From contig JBDHWF010000004.1 in NCBI GenBank assembly GCA_039810045.1, positions 810-64,809 on the forward strand: a stretch of DNA of 64,000 bases. Direction: 5' to 3'. The position numbers and the translations under genes were made by a program. Source of the stretch: Chloroflexia bacterium. GTDB taxonomy: Bacteria > Chloroflexota > Chloroflexia > Thermomicrobiales > CADCWN01. This document shows, one piece after another, positions 35,114-43,768 of the stretch (the stretch's first letter is position 1; each line of letters begins with the position of its first letter). The notes below the pieces were generated by a model, which was given only the letters and a program-made list of their open reading frames with translations, had not been told where the DNA came from and searched no databases.

Positions 35114-36262
35114 CTATGCTGCGGTGACTGGATTCTCTTTCAGGACCTTTGTCAACTGCGCGATCACCGTCTCTGCTGACAGATCCCGCATACACGGATG
35201 CCCGTTAACCAGACAGTCGCTATTACGAAAGCGCTGTTCAATGCAGACGCGGCATTTGGTTGGGCTCAACGCCAACTGGACATGGGGGCCGCGTGGCGCC
35301 CAGAGTCGTACTGGACTCGCCCCATCGCCCTCGTGATCAACCCCAAACACAACGACGGTTGGGCAACCCACCGCAGCAGCGATGTGCATTGGCCCAGCAT
35401 CAACGCAAACCGCTGCTTTGGCTGCAGCAAAAGCCCCAGCCAGTTCAGTCAGGCGGGTTTCGCCGCGCAGATCGATAACGGCGGTATGGTCAACCAACCA
35501 GTCTTCGTCGCCACCAGCATTGTACAGCCGTCGCTCGATCTCTGGGCGATGCCCTAACAACCCCACAGTCAATCCCTGCGCAGCACACCACGCAATCACC
35601 TGCGCCCACCCCGCCACGTGCCATAACTTCGCCCCACGGGTTGTGGTGAGATGGAGCAAAATATCTGGTGTGACAAATGGGGCAGGAGCCGTTGGTACCT
35701 CCGTTTGCAATGGGTCAGTATCGTCGTCAGTCAGGCGGGCGAGGCGACAGAAAATCTCACCGATATAGTTGCTGTGGACCAATGGGGCATGACGCGCCAC
35801 AAACCCCGGCCCATTCCAATCGGTGTCAGCCAGCAGGCGATCAACGGGGTCATCGCGCCGAGGCAGGCGGCGGCGGAAGTCGGTCGTCAACGCGCCGCCA
35901 GCGATATAGCGTGGGGCCACTGCGGTCACGACAACGACATTCAGTTCACTGAACTCATCGCAATTAATCGCCAGAATATAGTCGCCCGCTTCTTGCCGTC
36001 GCGCAGCCAGGAATGTCGTCAGCCGTTCGAGAAAAGCCCCCGGTTCGCCGCCATACAGGGAGCAACGCGCGGCGATATAGGGGCAGGCTTCCTCAAAGTC
36101 ACGCGTGATTTCCCCGCCAAAGAAATCGATCACGCAGCCAGGGTATTTATGGCGTAGGCCACGTAACAGCGGGGTAATCACGACAAAGTTGCCGACCTTA
36201 TCGGACGAAAAGACCGCAATATGCGGGCGTTCACCAAGCGGCTGATCGTCGAATGGCTCCAT
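35114..36262 (-). CDS. GT9-family glycosyltransferase (heptosyltransferase-like)
   Basis: 382 aa. The C-terminal VCVDAGPMHIAAAVGCPTVVVFG block is typical of GT9. Confidence 0.75.
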   Translation of the reverse strand: MEPFDDQPLGERPHIAVFSSDKVGNFVVITPLLRGLRHKYPGCVIDFFGGEITRDFEEACPYIAARCSLYGGEPGAFLERLTTFLAARRQEAGDYILAINCDEFSELNVVVVTAVAPRYIAGGALTTDFRRRLPRRDDPVDRLLADTDWNGPGFVARHAPLVHSNYIGEIFCRLARLTDDDTDPLQTEVPTAPAPFVTPDILLHLTTTRGAKLWHVAGWAQVIAWCAAQGLTVGLLGHRPEIERRLYNAGGDEDWLVDHTAVIDLRGETRLTELAGAFAAAKAAVCVDAGPMHIAAAVGCPTVVVFGVDHEGDGASPVRLWAPRGPHVQLALSPTKCRVCIEQRFRNSDCLVNGHPCMRDLSAETVIAQLTKVLKENPVTAA

Positions 36263-36284
36263 TACTCCCCTATCTCAGGCCAAA

Positions 36285-36986
36285 CTACTTCGCTGCCAAT
36301 TCGTGCAACTTCGGCACCAATTCAGCAATCGTTGCCAGTTCCCAATAGCCCGCCCGCTGGGCGGCATCTGTTTCCACCAGTTCGTGCTGCCAGGTGATCT
36401 GATAGGGGATATGTACTGCCTGCGCCCCAATCGCAATCACTGGCAGGATATCCGACTTGACCGAGTTTCCAACCATCAGAAACTCGGCTGGGGCGATCCC
36501 ACGCTGACGCAAAATCCGTTCGTAGGTCGCTGGATCTTTCTCCGAGACAATCTCAATCCCATCGAAGAATTCACCGAGGCCAGAGCCAGCAATCCGGCTC
36601 TCCTGATGAAAGAGGTCGCCTTTCGTAATCAGCAGCAGTTCGTAGTCGTGATCCAGAATAGCAATCGTCTTGTGGACATCGGGGAGCAGTTCAACTGGAT
36701 GGTCAAGCAATTCCTTGCCAATCGTCAGAATCGTCTGAATCTCTGCTGCGGTCACCCGTCCAGCCGAAAGTTCAATCGCGGTTTCGATCATTGAGAGCAT
36801 AAAACTTTTTACGCCATACCCAAAGAGGCGCAGGTTTGCCATCTCAATCGCAAAAAGTCGCTCCGCTGTACTATCGGCGGCAATATACGGCTGCAATAGC
36901 TGGTAAAAGCGTTCTTGCGACAACGCGAAAAGCGATTCATTGTGCCAGAGCGTATCATCACCATCGAACCCAATTGTACGCACCAT
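36285..36986 (-). CDS. HAD-superfamily hydrolase
   Basis: 233 aa. Motif I FDGDDTLW (DxDxT), ITKG, and MVGNSVKSD (motif IV region). Confidence 0.8.
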   Translation of the reverse strand: MVRTIGFDGDDTLWHNESLFALSQERFYQLLQPYIAADSTAERLFAIEMANLRLFGYGVKSFMLSMIETAIELSAGRVTAAEIQTILTIGKELLDHPVELLPDVHKTIAILDHDYELLLITKGDLFHQESRIAGSGLGEFFDGIEIVSEKDPATYERILRQRGIAPAEFLMVGNSVKSDILPVIAIGAQAVHIPYQITWQHELVETDAAQRAGYWELATIAELVPKLHELAAK

Positions 36987-37108
36987 CGCCGCTTATCCCC
37001 AAACGTATCCGTAGCTTAACGGCACAAGTATAGCCTGATTCAGCGACAGACAGCGCAGTGCCGTGGACAATCGCCCACGGCACTCGGACAGTAACACTGC
37101 GTAGCAGG

Positions 37109-37501
37109 TTATTTCGTTGGCAAGCCTGCTTCTTTCCAGCCGCGAAGACCGCCATCAACGTAGCGCACATTCGTGAAACCCATATCTTTCAGGGTCTTGG
37201 CACCAAGCGCAGCCTGGCCGCCAGCAGCACAAGTCACGACCACTTCCTGATCGCGATCTTGCAAGCGCTTGTCGCGCATTGCTTCAGGCAATTCCTGGTC
37301 GGCCTTAATCGCCAGCACACCCAGCGGCACATTGATTGCGCCAGGAATAGTGCCGCTTTCTTTGATTGCCTCTGGTTCCTGCACGTCGATCACTAATGGT
37401 TTCTTGCTATTGCCTTCAAGTTGCTGCTGCAACGCTTGTGGCTCTACGCTCTTCACTTCGGATTTGGCCTCGCCAACCATCTGCATAAATGTCTTCGCCA
37501 C
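37109..37501 (-). CDS. Rhodanese-domain sulfurtransferase
   Basis: Active-site loop VVVTCAAGGQAALGA and GGLRGW. Start at GTG 37501, with AAGGAGG 5 nt upstream. The track maximum 37621 overlaps mug. Confidence 0.75.
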   Translation of the reverse strand: MAKTFMQMVGEAKSEVKSVEPQALQQQLEGNSKKPLVIDVQEPEAIKESGTIPGAINVPLGVLAIKADQELPEAMRDKRLQDRDQEVVVTCAAGGQAALGAKTLKDMGFTNVRYVDGGLRGWKEAGLPTK

Positions 37502-37595
37502 TACGTCCTCCTTCGTACGAAATCGCCCACCACGACAATCAGCCCAGAGCTGACCTGGTGACGCTACTCTATCGTTGCGAGCAAGAACCTTGCCA

Positions 37596-38180
37596 CTAGC
37601 TCGCTTGCCGACGCGCAGCAATCAGATCACCCAACGCACGATACGTTGCCTCACGTATCACCCCCACCCCATTTGCCCGCCCCGACGACGAAGGGGTGAC
37701 GAAAACCAGGCTCGGCGCAGTACCGATCTGGGCAGTGGGCTGTAGCCCCCACGCCGCCAGTGGCTGACCGAAGAACCGTTCATACGTCGCCCGCCCGTTG
37801 AACGCAACGACTCCGGGACGATAGTGCTCAATCTTCGCGGTCAGGGCTGCGCGGCCACTTTCCGCTACCGCGCGGGGGAGATCAGCAATGCCTGGGGTGG
37901 GGATAGGACAGAGGTCGGTGATCCCGATTCCCAGATCCAGCAATGACCGATCCTCGGTCGGGGCATAGACACGCGGGGTCAACCCAGCAGCGGCCAACAG
38001 CACCCAAAAGCGATTTCCTGGTCGCGCATAAAAATGCCCATGTATCGCCGAATAGACTGATGGGTTGAACCCGACAAAGAGCAGATCAAGGTTGGGGGCG
38101 AGAATATCTGCGAGACGCAGTGCCGCAATTTCCTCAGATGTCGGGGCCTGCTGGCTCCCTTTCGGCGGGCGTATCATCAC
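37596..38180 (-). CDS. mug: G/U mismatch-specific (Mug/TDG family) uracil-DNA glycosylase
   Basis: LDLLFVGFNPSVYSAIHGHFYARPGNRFW is the Mug signature. The start (GTG 38180 or ATG 38177) overlaps the rlmB stop TGA. Confidence 0.85.
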   Translation of the reverse strand: MMIRPPKGSQQAPTSEEIAALRLADILAPNLDLLFVGFNPSVYSAIHGHFYARPGNRFWVLLAAAGLTPRVYAPTEDRSLLDLGIGITDLCPIPTPGIADLPRAVAESGRAALTAKIEHYRPGVVAFNGRATYERFFGQPLAAWGLQPTAQIGTAPSLVFVTPSSSGRANGVGVIREATYRALGDLIAARRQAS

Positions 38181-38974
38181 GAATCCCCCTGCGCCCGCTG
38201 GCGATCCGCCATGTAGAGCGCGATTGAACCCGCTACTGCTGCATTCAGCGACCCAATTGACCCGCGCATTGGCAGCCGCACCAGATAATCACAGGCGTCG
38301 CGCACAAGGCGAGAGATCCCGCTGCCCTCACTGCCAACGACCAAAGCCAGCGCACCACGCAGGTCGGCACGATCGATCGGCATCGCCTCGGCGGTTCCTT
38401 CCAACCCAGCAACCCAGATATTGCGCTCCCGCATCTGCCCAATCGTCCGCGTCAGGTTTGTCACTTTGGCGATCTGCAACCACTCTGTCGCCCCAGCAGA
38501 GGCATTCACCACTGCCGGAGTAATTACCGCTGCGCGATGCTCAGGGAGAAAGACCCCACTCACACGCACGGCCTCGGCACTGCGGAGGAGGGTACCAACG
38601 TTTTGCGGATCCTGTAACTGATCGAGCAACAGGAATAGTGCGCCATCGGGCGATGCAGTGGCAAGTAGGTCTTCGGCGGCGGCATAAGGATAGGGAGTCA
38701 CTTCTAGCAACGCCCCCTGATGATTCACTCCTGGAACCAAACGATCCAGTTGATCGCGCTGAGCCTCCGTTGGGCGCACACCTGCCTGGGCTGCAGCATC
38801 AAGCAGGGGACGTAGCCCCGCCTCGCGAGAACCAGCCGCTAGCAGCAGCCGCTGATTACGCCGTCGTCCCGCCCGCAATGACTCAATAATCGCGTTGCGG
38901 CCATAGAGCCATTCGCTCGTCGCTGCTGGTCGCCCACGTTCGCCCCGCCCCACTACTCCGCTCCTTACCGCCAT
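38177..38974 (-). CDS. rlmB: 23S rRNA (guanosine-2'-O)-methyltransferase, SpoU/TrmH family (RlmB-like)
   Basis: Substrate-binding N-domain (LYGRNAIIESL) and SpoU motifs (LVVGSEGSGISRLV, LPMRGSIGSLNAAVAGSIALY). Start moved to ATG 38974, because the track start 39091 would run through the glyA promoter and riboswitch. Confidence 0.8.
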   Translation of the reverse strand: MAVRSGVVGRGERGRPAATSEWLYGRNAIIESLRAGRRRNQRLLLAAGSREAGLRPLLDAAAQAGVRPTEAQRDQLDRLVPGVNHQGALLEVTPYPYAAAEDLLATASPDGALFLLLDQLQDPQNVGTLLRSAEAVRVSGVFLPEHRAAVITPAVVNASAGATEWLQIAKVTNLTRTIGQMRERNIWVAGLEGTAEAMPIDRADLRGALALVVGSEGSGISRLVRDACDYLVRLPMRGSIGSLNAAVAGSIALYMADRQRAQGDS

Positions 38975-39033
38975 CGTTGCCGCACTATCCGACAGAATCG
39001 TACTCGCCCGCTGGCAATTACGGTAGGGTAGGC

Positions 39034-39063
39034 TGATCAATCGTGATCCGAGTTTGCTATACT
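39034..39063 (+). promoter_or_regulatory. Promoter with extended -10 (TGcTATACT)
   Basis: TG at 39055-39056 and TATACT at 39058-39063. A weak -35 TGATCA lies at 39034-39039. The predicted TSS is about 39070, just before riboswitch helix P1. Confidence 0.45.
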
Positions 39064-39082
39064 GTGGCCCAACGGATCCGCT

Positions 39083-39155
39083 CCGGGTCACTGGCGAACA
39101 ACGTGGGCAACCACGGGGAAGCCCGGATGCGCCTGATGAAGCCGCTCGCCTGGGC
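39083..39155 (+). promoter_or_regulatory. ZTP (pfl-motif) riboswitch aptamer
   Basis: CCGGGTCACTGGCGAACAACGTGGGCAACCACGGGGAAGCCCGG ...linker... CGCCTGGGC. P1 is CCGGG/CCCGG and P2 is GTGG/CCAC. The conserved blocks ACUGGCGAAC, GGGGAAGC and CGCCUGGGC all sit in the canonical order. Confidence 0.85.
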
Positions 39156-39157
39156 TT

Positions 39158-39190
39158 GGGGGCATCGACCCGCTGTCGAGGCCCCTTTTT
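39158..39190 (+). terminator. Intrinsic terminator (riboswitch expression platform)
   Basis: GGGGC-A-TCGAC-ccgct-GTCGA-G-GCCCC followed by TTTTT. It starts 3 nt after the aptamer's CGCCTGGGC. Confidence 0.8.
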
Positions 39191-39245
39191 GCATTCCTCT
39201 GGCCGAACTGGGGCCGGGGATTCAGATCACGCAGGAGGAGTCTCT

Positions 39246-40760
39246 ATGACCACCACCGCTGCCCAATCATTACTCCTACGCTACCTGGAAGGCCACGAAA
39301 AAGCGTCGATCAACCCTGGTGCCGCTGCATTCTACGCCGCACTCGACGCCGTTGGCGCTGTCGCGCCCGAGGTGTCCGCCGCGATTGTGGCCGAACTGCG
39401 AGACCAGCGAAACACGCTGAAACTGATCGCTTCGGAGAATTATGCGTCGCTGGCAACACACCTGGCGATGGGCAACCTGTTCAGTGATAAATATGCTGAA
39501 GGCTACGCCAACCACCGCTTCTACGCTGGCTGCGACAATGTTGATACGATCGAGGCTGCCGGGGCAGCACTCGCCTGCGAACTGTTCGGCGCAGAGTATG
39601 CCTATCTGCAACCACACTCCGGGGCCGACGCCAATCTGGTCGCGTTCAGCGCGATTCTCAGCGCGCGCGTGCAAGCACCCGCACTCGCCGAGTTGGGGCT
39701 AGAGGACCCCTCCAAAGCCACCCGCGAACAGTGGGCGAAGGTGCGCGAGGCGTATCACAATCAGCGTCTCCTGGCACTCGATTACTATTCTGGTGGTCAC
39801 CTGACACACGGCTATCGGCACAATATCTCCAGCCAACTCTTTGATGTCTACTCATACTCGGTCGACAAAGAAACGAAGCTGCTCGATCTCGATCAGGTTC
39901 GTCAGACAGCACTGGAAGTACGACCACTGATCTTGCTGGCGGGCTACAGCGCCTACCCTCGGCGGATCAACTTCAAGGAGATGCGGCAGATTGCCGACGA
40001 AATCGGCGCAGTATTCATGGTCGATATGGCCCACTTCGCTGGGCTGGTTGCGGGCAAAGTCTTCACCGGCGATTTTGACCCCGTGGCCCACGCGCAGGTC
40101 GTCTCCACTACCACGCACAAGACCCTGCGTGGCCCACGCGGGGGGATGGTGCTGGCAAACGAAGAATTCGCCCCCTGGGTCGATAAAGGCTGCCCCGCCA
40201 TTCTTGGTGGGCCGCTGGCCCATGTGATGGCGGCCAAGACAGTCTCATTCCACGAAGCCTTGCGCCCGGAGTTCCGCACCTACGCAGCGCAGATTGTGGA
40301 GAATGCCCAGGCGCTAGCCGCTGGCTGCATCGAGGAAGGGCTCACTGTTCTCACTGGTGGCACCGACAATCACCTGCTGCTGATTGACGTAGCCGCCAAC
40401 TTTAATCTGACTGGCCGACAGGCGGAGTCGGCACTGCGCGAGTGTGGGATCACCCTCAACCGCAACTCCCTCCCGTTTGACCAGAACGGACCCTGGTACA
40501 CCAGCGGCCTGCGAGTGGGCACGCCCGCCCTCACCACGCTAGGGATGGGCCAGGCCGAAATGCGCGAAGTCGCCGCGATTATTGGTAAAGTGCTACAAAA
40601 TACCACCCCCACGACGACCAAGAGTGGCGAGCAGAGTAAGGCGCGCTATAAAGTCACCCCAGGCGTCGCCGACGAAGCACAGAGCCGAATCAACGATTTG
40701 TTGCAACGGCACCCGCTCTATCCCGAACTTGACCTCGATCTCAGCCAGCCTTCGGCATAA
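39246..40760 (+). CDS. glyA: Serine hydroxymethyltransferase (long form)
   Basis: LIASENYAS, HLTHGY and TTTHKTLRGPRGG (PLP Lys) motifs. ATG 39246 has GGAGGAG 6 nt upstream. The track start 39054 lies upstream of the riboswitch. Confidence 0.92.
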   Translation: MTTTAAQSLLLRYLEGHEKASINPGAAAFYAALDAVGAVAPEVSAAIVAELRDQRNTLKLIASENYASLATHLAMGNLFSDKYAEGYANHRFYAGCDNVDTIEAAGAALACELFGAEYAYLQPHSGADANLVAFSAILSARVQAPALAELGLEDPSKATREQWAKVREAYHNQRLLALDYYSGGHLTHGYRHNISSQLFDVYSYSVDKETKLLDLDQVRQTALEVRPLILLAGYSAYPRRINFKEMRQIADEIGAVFMVDMAHFAGLVAGKVFTGDFDPVAHAQVVSTTTHKTLRGPRGGMVLANEEFAPWVDKGCPAILGGPLAHVMAAKTVSFHEALRPEFRTYAAQIVENAQALAAGCIEEGLTVLTGGTDNHLLLIDVAANFNLTGRQAESALRECGITLNRNSLPFDQNGPWYTSGLRVGTPALTTLGMGQAEMREVAAIIGKVLQNTTPTTTKSGEQSKARYKVTPGVADEAQSRINDLLQRHPLYPELDLDLSQPSA

Positions 40761-40768
40761 CCACGGCA

Positions 40769-40800
40769 CCAGCCCGCTGAGTTCACTTTCAGCGGGCTGG
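40769..40800 (+). terminator. Perfect 12-bp hairpin after glyA (no U-tract)
   Basis: CCAGCCCGCTGA-gttcactt-TCAGCGGGCTGG, 9 nt after the glyA stop. Confidence 0.45.
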
Positions 40801-40873
40801 TCGCTGCTCCCTGGCAAGCGCCGGATCAACGAGCGATAAGGAGCCTTTCACTGCTGATCGGGAGACTGTGTTG

Positions 40874-41197
40874 ATGAGCTGGCCCACCAGCGCTTTCGCG
40901 TTCCTGGCCGCAGTGCTGGTGATACTCTGTGGTATTGCGCTGGGGCGCTGGCTACGCCTAAAGCGCGGCGTCGATCTGACCGGGATCAGTCGGCTGTTGC
41001 TGACGATCACGCAGGGACTGATCTTGCTGGCGATTCTGGGCGGCCTCGACCAACGCCCGCTCAGCCGCGCCCTGGCTTTTGCTGGGCCGATGAGTTTTGC
41101 CTGGGGCGTGTTGGCTGCCCTCACCCCAAGCGGCACCCCAATCGGGCGCTGGTGGCAACTCTGGCGCTGGGATCTGACGCCTCCGCCGAAGCACTGA
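40874..41197 (+). CDS. Hypothetical small membrane protein (3 TM segments)
   Basis: About 107 aa. GGGAG lies 9 nt upstream of ATG 40874. Hydrophobic segments: AFAFLAAVLVILCGIALG, LLLTITQGLILLAILGG and MSFAWGVLAAL. Confidence 0.5.
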   Translation: MSWPTSAFAFLAAVLVILCGIALGRWLRLKRGVDLTGISRLLLTITQGLILLAILGGLDQRPLSRALAFAGPMSFAWGVLAALTPSGTPIGRWWQLWRWDLTPPPKH

Positions 41198-41232
41198 ACG
41201 TCAGCGGCGCCTCCACCAAGATACCCAACGGC

Positions 41233-42816
41233 TTATTGCCCGTACACGACCTGCCCGCCCACCACCGTTGCCTCAACCACAACCTGCAACAATGCTTCCC
41301 CTGGCACTGTCAGCAAATCTTGCGAGAGGACCACGAAATCGCCGAGCTTCCCTGGCTCCAAGGTACCTTTCAGGTTTTCCTCGCCAGAGGCATACGCTGC
41401 CCCGCTGCAATACGCTTCAAGCGCATGATACGTTGAGAGACGTTCGGCTGGATACCAGCCACCTGCTGGTAAGCCCGCCGCATTCTGCCGCATCACCGCC
41501 GCGTGAATGCCCGCGATCGGGCTGAGGTTGTCGACTGGTGCATCGGAGCCAAAGGCGAGAACGGCCCCACTGCGCCGCAACGTCTCAAAGACAAAAGCAA
41601 AGCTGCCCCGGTCGCCCCACCAGCGATCAATCCCAAACATATCGGAGGTGCAATGGATCGGCTGCATTGAGGGGATCACGCCGAGCGTGGCAAAACGACC
41701 AATATCGGTTGGCGACAGTACTTGGGCGTGTTCAATGCGATGCCGCAGCCCTGGCCCCAGACCATCCGCCTGTGCTTCCTCAAAGATGTCGAGCAAGAGT
41801 CGATTAGACGCATCGCCGATAGCGTGAATACAGGAGGCGATCCCATTGGCGGCGGCAGTGCGGATCAGATAGCGCAAGTTTTCGGGCGTGCGCACAGGGA
41901 TACCGTAGTTATCTGGCTCACCAGCGTACGGTTCGAGCATCGAGGCCGAGCGCGAACCGAGCGTGCCATCAGAGAAGATTTTCAGATGCCCTAACCGCAG
42001 CCACTCATCGCCAAGGCCCGTCCGCAGCCCCAGCGCCAACGCGTGATCGAGCGAATCGGCGGGGATACTGTGATAGATCCTCATCGTCATTTCCCCGGCA
42101 GTGCGGAGCTTCTGCAACGCGGTCAATGCATCGGCCTGTTCCATTGAGCCAGCGCCAGTCAGCCCCAGGCGGTTCGACTCGCGCATCCCCGCCCGCAGGG
42201 CTTCTACCTTTTCTTCGGCAGTGGGCTGGGGGATAACTTCACGCACTGCCTTCATCGCTCCTTCAAGCAGCATCCCGCTTGGTTCGCCATTGGCGTCACG
42301 CATGATCACCCCGTCAACAGGGTCAGGGGTGTTGCGCGTGATCCCCGCCAGTTCCAGGGTCTTGCTATTCACCCAGAGCGAGTGCAGGTCGTGTGACGAA
42401 AAAGCGACTGGATGGTTCGGCACCTGCTGGTCAAGGTCTTCTTTAGTCGGCCAGCGGCTATCCTGAAAATTGTTGTAATTCCAGCCACCACCGCGCACCC
42501 ACTCGCCCGGAGGGGTCACTGCGGCCCGCTGTCCAGCCAGCGCCGCGCCATCGGCAATGGTGGTCAGCCCACCCAGTTGCACCCGATTCAGGTCAAGCGA
42601 CAACCCCAGAAAGTGCAGGTGGGCATCGATCATCCCCGGCACGATTGTGCGGCCACGAGCGTCGAAGCCGTCACTATTGCCCATGATCGCCCGCACGTCA
42701 TCATTGGAGCCAACCACCACAATTCGACCCGCCATAACCCCCATTGCCTCGGCGTGTGGCTGTGCTGCATTGAGGGTATGGATATTAGCGTTATAGACCG
42801 CAAACTTCTGGAGCAT
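41233..42816 (-). CDS. Amidohydrolase-family metal-dependent hydrolase (Amidohydro_3)
   Basis: PGMIDAHLHF (HxH), ..HAIGD.. and FGSDAPV motifs. ATG 42816 has GAGGAGGG 5 nt upstream. Confidence 0.8.
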   Translation of the reverse strand: MLQKFAVYNANIHTLNAAQPHAEAMGVMAGRIVVVGSNDDVRAIMGNSDGFDARGRTIVPGMIDAHLHFLGLSLDLNRVQLGGLTTIADGAALAGQRAAVTPPGEWVRGGGWNYNNFQDSRWPTKEDLDQQVPNHPVAFSSHDLHSLWVNSKTLELAGITRNTPDPVDGVIMRDANGEPSGMLLEGAMKAVREVIPQPTAEEKVEALRAGMRESNRLGLTGAGSMEQADALTALQKLRTAGEMTMRIYHSIPADSLDHALALGLRTGLGDEWLRLGHLKIFSDGTLGSRSASMLEPYAGEPDNYGIPVRTPENLRYLIRTAAANGIASCIHAIGDASNRLLLDIFEEAQADGLGPGLRHRIEHAQVLSPTDIGRFATLGVIPSMQPIHCTSDMFGIDRWWGDRGSFAFVFETLRRSGAVLAFGSDAPVDNLSPIAGIHAAVMRQNAAGLPAGGWYPAERLSTYHALEAYCSGAAYASGEENLKGTLEPGKLGDFVVLSQDLLTVPGEALLQVVVEATVVGGQVVYGQ

Positions 42817-42898
42817 CGTTGCCCTCCTCAATCATTTACGCTGGTACTAGTCGAAAGCCAGGGGCAGTATCACAATTTTCTTACTAATTCGCAACTGG

Positions 42899-43768
42899 TC
42901 AGCGGCCGCCAAAGCTCCCCGCCCGTTGATCAGCCCAGAAGGCACGTTGAGCCAGCAAAAAGATGACGATAATCGGCAGCGTGATCACCACACAACCAGC
43001 CAACAAAATCGGCCAGTCAGTGCGCACCAGTTGCTGCAATAAGCGCAAGCCAACGGGTAGAGTATAGAGTTGCTCACTCCGCAGGTACAGGAGTGGGGTA
43101 ATAAAATCGCGCCAGTAGTAGACAAATGCCAGCACCGCCACCGTCGCAGCGGTTGGACGGGCGAGCGGCAGCGCAATCGTCGCCCAGATCCGCAGTGGCC
43201 CCGCCCCATCAACGCGGGCAGATTCAAAGATAGCACGGGGCATCCGCCGATAGGTCCAGTAGAATAGCAAGACGTAGAATGGGCTGGTGCCCATCACGGC
43301 GGGCAAGATCAGCGCCCAGAGGGTATCGAGCAAGCCCAACCGCGCCAGGAGAAAGAAGCGCGTCAGCCACAACGCCGTTACTGGCACCAGGCGCAGGAGA
43401 ATCGCCAGCACCAGCAAACCACGCCGCAACCGTCCTTCCAACTGCGCCATCGCCAGCCCCGCCCACGATGCCGTAATCACCGTCAGTGGTACTGCTACCC
43501 CAATGACCAAGAGAGAGTTCAACGCATACTGACCAAGCGGAATCAGTTCAAAGAGACGGCGATAATTGCCCCAGGCCAACGGGCGCGGGAACCACTCAAT
43601 CCCCCGTGGTGGAGGCAAACCGGGCTGGCGCAGCGAGGCCACCACGATCCAGAGCAGTGGCACGGTGAATAGCAGCGCAACGGCGATAGCGACGATCTGC
43701 CAGAGCAACGCGCCAGACCAGCGCCGCCGCCCCAGCGTTACGAGGCGGGGATTAGAGATCGTCGTCAT
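42899..43768 (-). CDS. Carbohydrate ABC transporter permease
   Basis: 289 aa. The EAA-loop region ESARVDGAGPLRIWATIALPLARP is typical of MalG-type permeases. Confidence 0.85.
   Translation of the reverse strand: MTTISNPRLVTLGRRRWSGALLWQIVAIAVALLFTVPLLWIVVASLRQPGLPPPRGIEWFPRPLAWGNYRRLFELIPLGQYALNSLLVIGVAVPLTVITASWAGLAMAQLEGRLRRGLLVLAILLRLVPVTALWLTRFFLLARLGLLDTLWALILPAVMGTSPFYVLLFYWTYRRMPRAIFESARVDGAGPLRIWATIALPLARPTAATVAVLAFVYYWRDFITPLLYLRSEQLYTLPVGLRLLQQLVRTDWPILLAGCVVITLPIIVIFLLAQRAFWADQRAGSFGGR

Noticed and set aside
36987-37108. Hairpin AGTGCCGTGG-N8-CCACGGCACT with a duplicated CACTGCG downstream, between the rhodanese and HAD genes.
   Set aside because: This is probably just the rhodanese terminator, though it lacks a U-tract. 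The small CACT..CACT duplication is too short to interpret, so I do not call it as a feature.
39054-39245. N-terminal 64 codons of the track's glyA ORF, and the first 39 codons of the track's rlmB ORF (38975-39091), which overlap each other.
   Set aside because: The region contains a promoter, the ZTP aptamer and its terminator. glyA has a strong SD at ATG 39246, and rlmB aligns from ATG 38974. The extensions have no homology-like features.
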